A stretch of 51,295 nt of DNA from an uncultured Myxococcales bacterium (GTDB taxonomy: Bacteria; Myxococcota_A; UBA9042): positions 1 to 51,295 of the forward strand of contig CAITYF010000229.1 of NCBI GenBank assembly GCA_903896545.1. The letters are read 5' to 3'. Below the pieces are notes generated by a model. The model was given only the letters and a program-made list of their open reading frames with translations. It was not told where the DNA came from and did not search any database. Of this stretch, positions 10,029 through 20,057 are shown in pieces. Positions within the stretch are counted from its first letter, which is position 1; each line of letters starts with the position of its first letter. The position numbers and the translations under genes are program-made.

Positions 10029-10373
10029 CTAGCCGACCGCTTCGCTGCCGCGCTCGCCCGTGCGAATGCGAATGCACTCGACCAGCTCGGTGACGAAGAT
10101 CTTGCCGTCTCCCACCTTCCCGGTGCGTGCACCGGTGATGATGGCCTGAATGCACGGCTCAACGTAATCCTCGTTGACGGCGACTTCGAGACGGACCTTC
10201 ATGCGCAGGCTCACCTGCACCTGCACGCCGCGGTATTCCTCGACGTAGCCCTTTTGCAGGCCAGCACCCAAGGCGTTGGTGATAACGGAAATTTTCTTGA
10301 TATCCATTGCCGCGAGCGCTTGTTTCACGTCGCTCAGTTTTTCCGGCTGGATGTAGGCAACAATCAACTTCAT
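10029..10373 (-). CDS. glnK: Nitrogen regulatory protein P-II (GlnK type, by its amt neighbour)
   Basis: 112-aa protein MKLIVAYIQPEKLSDVKQAL...; T-loop region YRGVQVQV; gaggt RBS. Immediately downstream of amt. Confidence 0.9.
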   Translation of the reverse strand: MKLIVAYIQPEKLSDVKQALAAMDIKKISVITNALGAGLQKGYVEEYRGVQVQVSLRMKVRLEVAVNEDYVEPCIQAIITGARTGKVGDGKIFVTELVECIRIRTGERGSEAVG

Positions 10374-10400
10374 AGTAACCTCAGCGCAAGGAATTGGGGT

Positions 10401-12002
10401 TTAGAACGGAATCGGGGTCTCGGACGCCTTGTCCATCGCCACACCGACGTAGCCGGGCGCGCCCATTTCCGGGATGTCCAGACCTTCGATCTCGTCTTCC
10501 ACCGGCACGCGGTTGCCAACGATCTTGTTGGTCAGCCAGAAGAGGCCGATCGACATCGGCCCAATGTACGCGAAGTTGGCGACAATGCCGATAATCTCCG
10601 CGACGAGCTGGCTGCTGTCGCCGTAAAACAGACCCTTGACCGTGCCCGGCACGCCGTTCCAGCCGTCGCCGTAGCTGCCGTCCGCGAACAGACCCAAGGC
10701 GATGATGCCCCACAGCCCGTTGACGCCGTGAACGGAGATGGCGCCGACGGGGTCGTCGATCTTCAGCTTGCTGTCCACGAAGTAGACCGCCTCGACCACG
10801 AGCAGACCGGCAACCGCGCCGATGAGGCACGCCGCCCAGGACGTAATGAACGCGCACGGCGCAGTGACGGCGACAAGACCGGCCAACATTCCGTTGCACA
10901 TCATCGAGGTGTCCGGCTTACCGGCGCGCACGAACCACATCCAAAGTGTGGCCACCATGGCGCCGGTGCCGGACGCCAACATCGTGTTCACCGCGACGAC
11001 GCTGATCCGCAGATCCGTGCCCGCAAGCGTCGAGCCGGCGTTGAAGCCGAACCAGCCGAACGCCAGGATGAACGTGCCGATGACGGCCATGGGGATGTTG
11101 TGACCGGGCAAGATGTTGGCCGATCCATCCTTGTTGTACTTGCCATAGCGCGCGCCGACCATTTTGCCGCCGACCAGCGCGATGACGCCGCCGGTCAGGT
11201 GCACAACGGACGAACCGGCGAAGTCGACGTGACCGTGACCGAGGCCAAAGTTGGTGCCCAAGTCAGCGAGCCAGCCGCCGCCCCACACCCACATGCCGTA
11301 GACGGGGTACATGATGGTGCCAACCGCGATGCCGTAGAGGATGAAGGCACTGTATTTCCAACGTTCTGCCAGAGTACCCGTGGGGATCGTCGCCGTGGTG
11401 TCCATGAAGACCATCTGGAAGATGAACAACGTGAACGTGCCGACGTCGTACACGCTTGGCCCGAGGAAGAAGCCGCCCATGCCGAGCACTTCAAACGACT
11501 TGCCAAAAAGCGTGAACGCGAGCGCCGGTGTGGCCAGGCCGGGTGTACCGCCCAACGCGGGTACGGGGCCGACGCTGCCGAACATGAAGGCGAAGCCGCA
11601 GACGTAAAAGCCCAACATGCCCAGCGGGTAGATGAGGAAGTTCATCGCCGCGGTGTGGGAGACGTTCTTGGCGCGGGTCAAACCGGCTTCCACCATGGCG
11701 AAGCCCGCCTGCATGAACATCACGAGGAACGCGGCGAGGAGCGTCCACACGATGTTGATGGAGATCTTCTGGTGGCCGAGTTCCTTGGCGACTTCATCGA
11801 GCTTCTTGCCGTTGTCCGTGGCTGCAACGTCCGACGCGACGCCCGTGTTGCCGCCCGACGGATCCGGCGCGGGCGCGGTGACGGCAGGCTTGGCCTCGTC
11901 GGCCATGGCGGCGATGGGCAGCGCAACAGTACTGGCTAACGCGACGCCAGCGAGGCACGAGGCGAGCCAGCGGCGCAAGGGTTTCGAGCGGTTGAAAATC
12001 AT
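10401..12002 (-). CDS. amt: Ammonium transporter (Amt family) with signal peptide
   Basis: Amt signatures DFAGSSVVHLTGGVIALVGGKMVGAR and GFNAGS; 11 predicted TM segments; paired with glnK. Confidence 0.9.
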   Translation of the reverse strand: MIFNRSKPLRRWLASCLAGVALASTVALPIAAMADEAKPAVTAPAPDPSGGNTGVASDVAATDNGKKLDEVAKELGHQKISINIVWTLLAAFLVMFMQAGFAMVEAGLTRAKNVSHTAAMNFLIYPLGMLGFYVCGFAFMFGSVGPVPALGGTPGLATPALAFTLFGKSFEVLGMGGFFLGPSVYDVGTFTLFIFQMVFMDTTATIPTGTLAERWKYSAFILYGIAVGTIMYPVYGMWVWGGGWLADLGTNFGLGHGHVDFAGSSVVHLTGGVIALVGGKMVGARYGKYNKDGSANILPGHNIPMAVIGTFILAFGWFGFNAGSTLAGTDLRISVVAVNTMLASGTGAMVATLWMWFVRAGKPDTSMMCNGMLAGLVAVTAPCAFITSWAACLIGAVAGLLVVEAVYFVDSKLKIDDPVGAISVHGVNGLWGIIALGLFADGSYGDGWNGVPGTVKGLFYGDSSQLVAEIIGIVANFAYIGPMSIGLFWLTNKIVGNRVPVEDEIEGLDIPEMGAPGYVGVAMDKASETPIPF

Positions 12003-12099
12003 GACTGAGTCCTCCGAGCTAATAGGTGTGAGAGATGTACAGCAAATTTGTTTCTAGTTTGTTTCGATTACCGAAGAATCATGAAGCAGCGACCATCGA

Positions 12100-12170
12100 G
12101 CGCCTCCACGCTCCAAGCGACGTTCGAGCACAAAGCCGCCCGAACCGCGGCGTGCCACCGGAGGTGCGCG
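12100..12170. repeat. Copy of the dispersed intergenic repeat element (minus orientation) in the amt upstream region
   Basis: On the minus strand: gcgcacctccggtggcacg - N22 - ctcgaacgtcgcttggagcgtggagg. The plus strand shows cgtgccaccggaggtgc at 12151-12167. Confidence 0.55.
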
Positions 12171-12240
12171 CTCGCGGTCCAGTCCGAGAGGGCAACAGAT
12201 TTGACCCACAGATCTTGGCGTTGCACAAAGGTCGTCCTGT

Positions 12241-13455
12241 TTAAAACCACGCCGTGACACCCAGCGTCGCGGTGATGCGCTTCGACGCGTTGGCGATCGG
12301 GTCGCCGACCGCCGTGAACGTCGGGGTCCCCTCGATAAAACCGTTGCCGTCGGTCATGTCGCCACGACCTTCCGCACGCACCAGCAGGAAGGATGTCGGC
12401 CGCCAATCCAGCGTCAACGTCGCGGAACTAATGCGCTTCACCGGCATGAGGATCGGATCGGAGGTGACGCCCGCCGCGTCCGTCGCCAACTGCTCGCCCA
12501 GCGTCTCACCGCGCAACGCCAGGAACCAACGCTCCGCCAGCTGCGTCTTGGCGTACAGCGCTGCACCGAACCAGCTCGCCGTGCCCTGTTTGGTCGATTC
12601 CGCACCGCCATCGACGTGCGCCATCAGCCAAAACCGCTCACCGAGCTGGGCGCTCACCCACGCGTCACCGAGGTTGCGCCACGGCGTCCCCTCTTTCGCG
12701 TCGGTCGCCCGCTCGTTGCCGCCCATGTAGAGTACCGCCGCCTGGACCTTCTCCGTCGTCCACAGCCCCTGCAAGATCACAGACTTGGCCTCGTTGGTAT
12801 CGACCGCAGAGTTCCAGCCATTGCAGACCATTCCAACCAAGGAGAACACCGGCGTCGCCGTCCAGGTCACTTTCGCGCCCGAGTGATAGGCCGGAAGGAA
12901 CGCGAATAAGTTGGAGCGCGACCAGTTCCAGTTGTCCTTGACCGGGACCACTTCCGTGCCAATCGGCGACAGGAAGATGCCCGCCTGAACAAAGACCGAA
13001 CCCGACTCGTTGACCTTGTAACCCAGCCAAGCTTGCTGAATGTTTTGCCAAAGCGAGCCATTCGAAGCCGCGTTCACACCCGTGCCAGGCAAGCCCGCTT
13101 CCGCACGGTAGTAGCTGGACGGCGTCGAGCCCGCTTGCAACCCCACACGCCCTTGCACAGGACCTTTCTGCCACGCCACGTCAAGCACAGCGTTGTCCAC
13201 GGTGAACGTGTTGGATCGCTGGTCAAAAGCCCGCAGGAGGCTCAACCCGCCCTTGGGCCGATTGAAATCAAAACCGTAGTGCGCCTCGCCGTAGCCCGAA
13301 AGCGTCACGCCTTCGGACAAGCCAACCATCATCGCCGACTCAATCGCTGGCGCCTCGTTGACAACCGGCGCTTCTTCAGCAAACGCTGACGCGGCCGCGC
13401 AGGCAGACAGAACCACCGAACCTAACAGACTTTTCTTCCACTTCTTGGCGATCAT
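12241..13455 (-). CDS. Outer-membrane porin-like beta-barrel protein upstream of amt-glnK
   Basis: Start chosen at the internal ATG (13455) preceded by aaggag. Signal peptide MIAKKWKKSLLGSVVLSACAAASAFA. Alternating amphipathic strands; C-terminal ...TATLGVTAWF with terminal Phe. The upstream 285 nt of the listed ORF lack an RBS and a signal. Confidence 0.55.
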   Translation of the reverse strand: MIAKKWKKSLLGSVVLSACAAASAFAEEAPVVNEAPAIESAMMVGLSEGVTLSGYGEAHYGFDFNRPKGGLSLLRAFDQRSNTFTVDNAVLDVAWQKGPVQGRVGLQAGSTPSSYYRAEAGLPGTGVNAASNGSLWQNIQQAWLGYKVNESGSVFVQAGIFLSPIGTEVVPVKDNWNWSRSNLFAFLPAYHSGAKVTWTATPVFSLVGMVCNGWNSAVDTNEAKSVILQGLWTTEKVQAAVLYMGGNERATDAKEGTPWRNLGDAWVSAQLGERFWLMAHVDGGAESTKQGTASWFGAALYAKTQLAERWFLALRGETLGEQLATDAAGVTSDPILMPVKRISSATLTLDWRPTSFLLVRAEGRGDMTDGNGFIEGTPTFTAVGDPIANASKRITATLGVTAWF

Positions 13456-13787
13456 CGGTCTCCTTGTGTGCTGAACCCGCTCCGAGGATTGCCGCACTGC
13501 GTCATTTGAAGCAAGCACTTTCGGCGAACTTTTCGGGTATTGTGTCGGAGTTGTTTCTACATACACACACCGACTATTGAAATGATTGACGATCTGAAAC
13601 GATGCGCCGGTGATCGAATTGGCGCGCCTTGGGCAGATCGCGAAGATGCGCGACGGGCGAAGCCCTTCCTGCGGCTCCGACGAATCCGTGACAAGGCGCG
13701 ACGAAGCGACCGTTGACGCGCGCACGACACAGCGCAACACTCGACCGAGCCGACCAGTTTCTTCCTCATCACCACTAGGAATTCGCC

Positions 13788-15596
13788 ATGGACAGCATCC
13801 TCCACACCGCAGCCAGCTACTGGTGGCTGATCGCGATCGTCTTTCTGATTGTGACCTTCAAGCTGTGGCTGCGGCTTTTTGGCGTGATCATTATCCCACA
13901 AAATACAATGGGTTTGGTCAACAAGCGCTTTGTCCTGCTCGGTTCCAACCGCACGCTACCCGATGGCGCGATCATCGCGTTGAAGGGTGAAGCCGGCTAC
14001 CAGGCGGACACGCTGGCCCCCGGTCTGCACATCGGCCTTTGGCCGTGGCAATACGAGGTGGACGTCGTTCCCTTCACGACGATCCAGGAAGGCTGTTTGG
14101 GCGTCGTGGAGTCGCGCGATGGCATCACGCTGTCGGGCGGTCGGGTGCTGGCGCGCCAAGTCGAGTGCGACTCGTTCCAGAACGCGCGGCAATTTCTGGA
14201 AAGCGGCGGCCAGCGTGGTCCGCAGATCGCCGTGATCCCGCCGGGCACGTATCGCATCAACACGCAGTTGTTTTCGGTTGTGGAGGAAGAAGCCACCGAG
14301 GTCCCGGACGACAAGGTCGGCGTGGTCACGACCAAGGACGGGACGCCGCTGGCGACGGGCGAAATCGCGGGCGGAGAGACGGCCAACCACAACATGTTCC
14401 AGGACGGGCAGACGTTCATCGATCAGGGCGGCTTCAAAGGTCTGCAAGTGCAAGTGATCATGGCGGGGCGCTACAACATCAACCCGCGTTTTGCGTCGGT
14501 GGAGTTTTTTGACCTGACGGAAGTGCCGATCGCGCACGTGGGCGTGGTGATTTCGTACGTCGGCGAGCCGGGTGAGGACGTGAGCGGCGACTCCTTCCAA
14601 CATGGCAATCTTGTGCAAAAAGGCCGCAAAGGCGTCTGGGATGAGCCGTTGGACCCTGGCATGTACCCGATCAATCCGCGCACGCACAAAGTCGAGTTGG
14701 TACCCACCGCGAACGTGGTGCTGAATTGGGCGACGGGCAAGAATGAAGCGCACAACCTGGACAAGAACCTGTCGACGATCTCCGTACGGTCCAAGGACGG
14801 CTTCAAGTTCAACCTGGATGTGAGCCAGATCATTCACGTGCCGCGCGCCAAGGCGCCGCTGGTCATTGCGCGCGTGGGCAGCATGCAAAACCTGGTCACG
14901 CAGATGCTGGAACCGACGATCGGCAACGATTTCCGCAATGCCGCGCAAAATGCGGACGTCATTGACTTCATCCGCGAGCGCACCAAGCGTCAGGAAGAGG
15001 CGAAAGTGCGTATTGCGGCGACATTGAATGAGTACAACGTCGTGGCGGTGGACACGCTGATCGGCGACATGTCGCCGCCCGAAGAGCTGATGAAGACGCT
15101 GACGGATCGGAAGATCGCGGAAGAGCAGCAGTCGACGTTCGCGACGCAAATGACGACTGAAGACGCGCGGACGAAGCTGCAGAAGGCGAAGGCGCTGGCG
15201 GACACGCAGGCGGACGTCGTGTCGGCGGAGCGGCGCGTGCAGATCGCGGATTTTGACGCGCAATCGGCCGTGAAGAAGGCAGAAGGCGTGGCGCGGGCCA
15301 AGAAGATTGACGCGGAAGCCGACGCCCAAGTGACGCGCGTGAACGGTGAGGCGGAGGCGGGCAAGATCCTGTCGATCGGACAGTCTGAGGCCAAAGTGAG
15401 CGAGCAGAAGGTCGCGGCGATGGGCAACGAGAACTACACGGCGATCGCAGTGGCCACCGCGCTGGCGGGAAGCGGTCAGCGGCTCGTGCCGGAGATCATG
15501 GCAGGCGGTGAAGGGTCGAGCGGGTCGATTGTGAATTTGCTGCTGGCCAAAAGCTTGAGGGCGCAAGCGGAAGCGGTCGAGAACGAACAGCGGTAG
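13788..15596 (+). CDS. Flotillin / SPFH (band-7) family membrane protein
   Basis: N-terminal TM (WWLIAIVFLIVTF); SPFH core; long EA-rich coiled coil (AEEQQSTFATQ...AEADAQVTRVNGEAEAGK); flotillin C-terminal region; aggaa RBS. Confidence 0.7.
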   Translation: MDSILHTAASYWWLIAIVFLIVTFKLWLRLFGVIIIPQNTMGLVNKRFVLLGSNRTLPDGAIIALKGEAGYQADTLAPGLHIGLWPWQYEVDVVPFTTIQEGCLGVVESRDGITLSGGRVLARQVECDSFQNARQFLESGGQRGPQIAVIPPGTYRINTQLFSVVEEEATEVPDDKVGVVTTKDGTPLATGEIAGGETANHNMFQDGQTFIDQGGFKGLQVQVIMAGRYNINPRFASVEFFDLTEVPIAHVGVVISYVGEPGEDVSGDSFQHGNLVQKGRKGVWDEPLDPGMYPINPRTHKVELVPTANVVLNWATGKNEAHNLDKNLSTISVRSKDGFKFNLDVSQIIHVPRAKAPLVIARVGSMQNLVTQMLEPTIGNDFRNAAQNADVIDFIRERTKRQEEAKVRIAATLNEYNVVAVDTLIGDMSPPEELMKTLTDRKIAEEQQSTFATQMTTEDARTKLQKAKALADTQADVVSAERRVQIADFDAQSAVKKAEGVARAKKIDAEADAQVTRVNGEAEAGKILSIGQSEAKVSEQKVAAMGNENYTAIAVATALAGSGQRLVPEIMAGGEGSSGSIVNLLLAKSLRAQAEAVENEQR

Positions 15597-15791
15597 GCTG
15601 GCGGAAGCGAACGTCGGCCGAAGACATTTTCGATCAGGGCGGTGCGGCGGTGGCCAGGCGATGGGCGCCGAGTGGCCTACACTTGACGCACAAGCCGAAG
15701 CTGCGGGAAAAGCGCCGGAGGCACACTTGCACAAGGAGCTGGCCGCTGCCGAACCGCGCAAGCGTCGAACCTGGAGTGGTGCGCGCCCCGA

Positions 15792-18434
15792 TCAATCCCG
15801 CGCCCGCCGTTCCACCATCTTCCTGAACCGCGGATCCACCTTGAACTCCGGATGCGCCTTCACGTACCGCCGCATCTCGCTCATCGCCGCGTCGTAGGCG
15901 TCGTCATCGCCGTCCTCGTCACGGTCCGCGCGGTCCAGCACCGACAGCGGCAACTTCCCTTCCATCACCTGACTCAGCCGCGAACCCGGCCGCGTCTTGC
16001 CCGTCATGTGCCACTGCAAAAGCTCGCCCAGATCGGGATTCTTGTCCGGTCCGCTGAAGTCCATGCGCTCAGAAATCTGCGCGGCCAGCGTCTTGCCGCC
16101 GTTGAATTGGTCGGGAATCGTGCGTTCTACGTGCACAAACGGCGTTTGCATGATCGCCTTCTGTTGGAACACGTCCCACATCGGCGTCGCCAGCGCGTCG
16201 TAGCGGTTGAGCGGCGGGAGGTGCAGCATCAGCTCGAACGTGCGGAACAGGCTGGGATACGACGTGTGCACATGGCTCACGTACCCCGGCTTGGCGTACG
16301 GGCTGACGACGAGGCAGAAGGACCGGTGGTAGTCGATGTGGTCGGCGCCCTGTTGCGGGTCGTCTTCGACGACGAAGATCGCGGTCGTCGCGAAGTATTT
16401 CGAGTGCGTGATTGCGTCGATCAACACACCCATGCCGACGTCGTTGTCATTGATCATCGATTCCGGCGTCTTGGCGCCCTTGCCGATGCCATTTGTGTGG
16501 TCGTTGGGCAATAGCACGTAGACGAACGGCGGGAATTTGCCTTGGTTCACGAGCACATCCGCGACGTATTTCGCTTTGACAACGTCGCTGATGCCGGTGT
16601 TGAAGAACGATCCGGGAAATTGCCCGTCGACGTGATCGGCGACGGCGCCTTCAGCAACGACGTCCAGCGCGCCGACGATCTCGCCAAACATTGTGAAATC
16701 AATGCCGTGCTTGATCAGGTGCGTGAAAAACGTCTTGAACGCCGGACGTCCCGACGGATGCACCGCGTCTTCGCCCCAGCCGGGATGATTGCGGTAATCT
16801 TCAAACCACGTGCGCTCGATGTAATCATCCACAAACGACGACGTGAGCCACAGGTGGCCCTGAATTGAAGTTTCCGAGTCGTCATAGAAGTTGTCGTGAT
16901 GCGCGTACTTTCGCGCCAGCGCGTGCAGATTCGGCGTCACTTTCTCGCCAAACATCGCCAGCTTCGGGTCGCCGTCGCCATTTTCAAGATCGCCCAGCAC
17001 GCTGTCATACGTCTTGTTTTCCTTGACGATCAGCACGACGTGCTCGATCGGCGAGATGCCTTCGGGCGTCGCCGGCACGGGGAACGACGCGTCGCACTTG
17101 AACGGAAACACTTTGTCGGGACGCCGGACGTTGTCCTCGACCTGTTGTGTCGCCGCGGCGAGATCGACCGTTTTCAGATCGATCAGCGAGACGGTGCCCT
17201 GCATCTGCTCTTTGCCGCTCTCCGCTTCCTCCGCGTAGAACGCGAGCGGTCCGGTGCCCACACCTTTGCCGTTCAGCACGATGAGGTGGCTCGCATCCGG
17301 ACTCAGCGCCACCGCCGTCGGGTACCAACTCACCGGCAGCGCGCCCAGCGGCGTCAGGTCCTTGGCGTCCAGCACGCTCACCGCGTTGTCAGCCGCGCGC
17401 GCGACGTAGAGGCGATCGCTCTTCTTGTCGTACGCAATGCCGCCCGGACTGCTTCCCGGCAGCGGCTTCTTGTCTTCGCCAACGATCGTCGGTTCGCCCA
17501 CAGGCTGCGTGCCGATCACCGCGCGGTTCTTCACGTCGATCGCCACGACCGCGTCGCCATTCGCCGTCGCCACGTACACAACCGACTCGTCCGGCGTCGC
17601 CACCAGGTTCACGGTCGTCATGCCGACTTGCACCAGCGTCGTCTCGGTCGTCGGCGAATTCAGGTCAATCGCCGCGACGCGGTCGTCGGCTAGACTCGCC
17701 ACCCACAGCTCGTGGCGACCGGGCAATTCAAGAAGCGCGTAGGGCTGAACGGCCACTTTGATCGTCCGCAGGAGTGCGAGCGTCTGCGCGTCAAATTCCT
17801 GGATCGCGCCGCCTTTGAACTGCCCGACCCAGAAGCGCGAGCCATCCTTGGAGAGCGCAATGCCGGCGGGATAACCGTCGATCGGCACGCTCGCCGCGCC
17901 GGTGACTGTGCCTTCGGCGGCGATGTCGTAGATCTCCACCTTGCCGGCATACCCGCCAGAAGCGTAGAGTTTCTTGCCGTCGTCCGAAATCGCGATGCCG
18001 TAGAATGCCTCGTCGCGGTCGACTTGTTGCAGGATCTTGCCCGTGCTCGCGTTGATCACCTGCACGCTGCGGTTGCGATAGCCGGTGTTTGCGACGTACG
18101 CGACGTCAAGCGTCGGGTGGTAGCGCACATCGATCGGGAAACCGCCGATGATGGCTTCCGTACCCAGTGGCGTGAGCGCGCGGCCGCCGGGTAGGATGCG
18201 CACGCCACCTTGCATGCCCACTTTCAAGAGCGCCTCAGGCGATGGGCTTGGCACGCAATCCAGCGTCAGTTGTTGAACATCGGCTTTCACGTCGACGGTG
18301 GAGACGTCGCTTTGCACGTCCGGCTCGTACAGCGGTCCGGTCACCGCCGTGTCGGGCGCGCACGCAGTCAAGGTCGCGGTCAAAGAGACCACGGTCAGAA
18401 GCGATTGAAGGTAACGTGTCGTCATCATGCTCAT
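15792..18434 (-). CDS. Lipoprotein: YVTN-type beta-propeller fused to phosphoesterase (PLC / acid-phosphatase AcpA-like) domain
   Basis: Start at the internal ATG 18434 (MSMMTTRYLQSLLTVVSLTATLTAC lipobox). Repeated propeller blades (YVANTGYRNRSVQVI..., LYASGGYAGKVEIYDI...). C-terminal phosphoesterase motifs HVVLIVKENKTYD and VEDDPQQGADHIDYHRS. Confidence 0.7.
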   Translation of the reverse strand: MSMMTTRYLQSLLTVVSLTATLTACAPDTAVTGPLYEPDVQSDVSTVDVKADVQQLTLDCVPSPSPEALLKVGMQGGVRILPGGRALTPLGTEAIIGGFPIDVRYHPTLDVAYVANTGYRNRSVQVINASTGKILQQVDRDEAFYGIAISDDGKKLYASGGYAGKVEIYDIAAEGTVTGAASVPIDGYPAGIALSKDGSRFWVGQFKGGAIQEFDAQTLALLRTIKVAVQPYALLELPGRHELWVASLADDRVAAIDLNSPTTETTLVQVGMTTVNLVATPDESVVYVATANGDAVVAIDVKNRAVIGTQPVGEPTIVGEDKKPLPGSSPGGIAYDKKSDRLYVARAADNAVSVLDAKDLTPLGALPVSWYPTAVALSPDASHLIVLNGKGVGTGPLAFYAEEAESGKEQMQGTVSLIDLKTVDLAAATQQVEDNVRRPDKVFPFKCDASFPVPATPEGISPIEHVVLIVKENKTYDSVLGDLENGDGDPKLAMFGEKVTPNLHALARKYAHHDNFYDDSETSIQGHLWLTSSFVDDYIERTWFEDYRNHPGWGEDAVHPSGRPAFKTFFTHLIKHGIDFTMFGEIVGALDVVAEGAVADHVDGQFPGSFFNTGISDVVKAKYVADVLVNQGKFPPFVYVLLPNDHTNGIGKGAKTPESMINDNDVGMGVLIDAITHSKYFATTAIFVVEDDPQQGADHIDYHRSFCLVVSPYAKPGYVSHVHTSYPSLFRTFELMLHLPPLNRYDALATPMWDVFQQKAIMQTPFVHVERTIPDQFNGGKTLAAQISERMDFSGPDKNPDLGELLQWHMTGKTRPGSRLSQVMEGKLPLSVLDRADRDEDGDDDAYDAAMSEMRRYVKAHPEFKVDPRFRKMVERRARD

Positions 18435-18581
18435 CTCCCGCGCGGCACAGTGCGACAGCCGCGCGCAACAGTCAACGCGCCGTTGACGAACGTTCACCGG
18501 AGACGCGCCGATTTGTGACTCGGCGCCGAGCGCGCTATCGTGTGCGCACGGCCCTGAGGCCGCGGAAGACCGTTTTGCCCA

Positions 18582-19093
18582 TGCAAGCGCGACTTTTCAT
18601 CGGGTGCCTGAGTCTGCTCCTGTGCACGTGCGGCTGGACTGCACAGCCGGGCTTGGACGCGGGGAGCGGCGCGGACGTCGTCGGCGAGCCCAGCGTTGAG
18701 ATTGGCGGCGCGAATCTGGACGGGATCGGCTTTGCGCTGTGGCATGGCACGGACCCGCACCCCAACATCATCAGCGGACCGCAAGGCGGACAACACATCT
18801 GGGTGAGCGCCCACACGCGCAACCTCTGGTACAACAAGCTGAGCTTGACCGTGGAAATGCGCGACGACGCGACCGGCGACATCATCGCGCCAGGTGAAGT
18901 GACGCGCATGGTGACGCTTTCGCGCGACGTGACCTTTGACCGGTACGAAGGGCTCACAGCGTTTCTGAGCTCGCCTTGTGCGGTGGCGGACCACAAGATT
19001 CGCATCAAGTTGACGGCGGCAGACCTGTACGGCGTCGCAACCTCGGACACAGCCGTCGTCACGCCCGTTTGGAGCCAACCATGCGCACCGTGA
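18582..19093 (+). CDS. Small lipoprotein, paralog 1 of a tandem triplet
   Basis: MQARLFIGCLSLLLCTCG lipobox; conserved GPQGGQHIWVS core; two conserved Cys near the C-terminus. The long N-terminal part of ORF 18242..19093 is antisense to the neighbouring gene. Confidence 0.55.
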
Positions 19094-19560
19094 TCGCGCT
19101 CACTGCTTTGCTCTGCGCCGCCTGCACGACGACGGCTGCGGAAGTTCCCGCGGGCACAGTCATCGTCGGCGGCGCGAACGACGACGGCACCGGCTTCGTC
19201 GATTGGCACACGTCCACCGTCGGACCGCCGATCGTCATGGGACCGCAGGGCGGCCAGCACATCTGGGTCAGCGTACGCACGGGACGCAACTTCAACGCGA
19301 GCAAGATGCGCCTGCTCATCGACATGACGGACCTCGACACCGGCGACGTGGTAAAACCCGGCCAGATTCCATTCACGCGCACGCTCACGGACTCCGGCAC
19401 CGAGTTGCAAATCACCGGCATCACGGCGTACGTCAAGGAACCGTGCAAAATCAAAGGCCACCACGTGCGAGTCCACGTCGGCGTCGAAGATCTGGTGGGC
19501 CTGCCCGGCAGCGATGAGGCCATCATCATCCCGACCTGGAGCGGATTTTGCGGTACCTGA
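19081..19560 (+). CDS. Small lipoprotein, paralog 2 of the tandem triplet
   Basis: MRTVIALTALLCAACTT lipobox; GPQGGQHIWVS motif shared with paralog 1. ATG overlaps the upstream stop within ATGCGCACCGTGA (13-nt overlap). Confidence 0.55.
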   Translation: MRTVIALTALLCAACTTTAAEVPAGTVIVGGANDDGTGFVDWHTSTVGPPIVMGPQGGQHIWVSVRTGRNFNASKMRLLIDMTDLDTGDVVKPGQIPFTRTLTDSGTELQITGITAYVKEPCKIKGHHVRVHVGVEDLVGLPGSDEAIIIPTWSGFCGT

Positions 19561-20057
19561 TCCTGCTGACGCTGTGTGTCGCCGCGTGTACGGGCACGGA
19601 AGTGACGCTGACCGGTGCGGACGCTTCGGGTGACGGGTCGCCGGCGCCTCCCTGCTTTTTTGTCGCCGTATTGCCGAACGACGTGACCGCGACGGAGATG
19701 GCGAACAGCGCGACGGCGACAAACCTACCGACTTTGCCGATTACCCTTGGCGGTCAGGGGAGTTGGATGGTCATCCCGCGCATCGCTGCGTGGACGCCCT
19801 GGCCTGGGCACTTGGAGCTGAAGCTGTGGCTGGAGCGCGGCAATGACGGCTACCCGATGGTGCCGCCGGTGTTCGCCAACGTGCAGCTGGAGCAGCTCGG
19901 TCCGCTGTGGGTAACCCCTGAATTGCCGCTGGTCATCGGGGCGCCGTGTCAGCTTCTGGGCCACGAGATTCACGCACGCGCGACCATGTTCGGCTATGGC
20001 AGTGGGCAGAACCTCGACGGGCGATTTCTCGTTTCCTGGAACCAGTCCTGTCCATAG
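19548..20057 (+). CDS. Small lipoprotein, paralog 3 (diverged) of the tandem triplet
   Basis: TTG start inside TTGCGGTACCTGA, the same 13-nt overlap geometry as the paralog 1/2 junction. (M)RYLILLTLCVAACTG lipobox; LGGQGSWMVIP corresponds to GPQGGQHIWVS; conserved C-terminal Cys pair. Confidence 0.5.
   Translation: MRYLILLTLCVAACTGTEVTLTGADASGDGSPAPPCFFVAVLPNDVTATEMANSATATNLPTLPITLGGQGSWMVIPRIAAWTPWPGHLELKLWLERGNDGYPMVPPVFANVQLEQLGPLWVTPELPLVIGAPCQLLGHEIHARATMFGYGSGQNLDGRFLVSWNQSCP

Noticed and set aside
9897-11939. 680-aa ORF on the plus strand across the amt/glnK region
   Set aside because: Antisense to the unmistakable Amt and P-II genes; the product is Arg/Ala/Asp-rich junk.
12003-12240. 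Possible sigma-54 promoter (TGGCAC) or NtrC palindrome upstream of amt
   Set aside because: The TGGCAC is part of the dispersed repeat motif that also occurs at unrelated loci. No correctly spaced -12 GC element and no TGCACC-N3/5-GGTGCA palindrome were found. Left as something to test, not called.
13956-15761. 601-aa minus-strand ORF opposite the flotillin gene
   Set aside because: The flotillin sense frame has SPFH and coiled-coil features and an RBS; the antisense product is Arg-rich.
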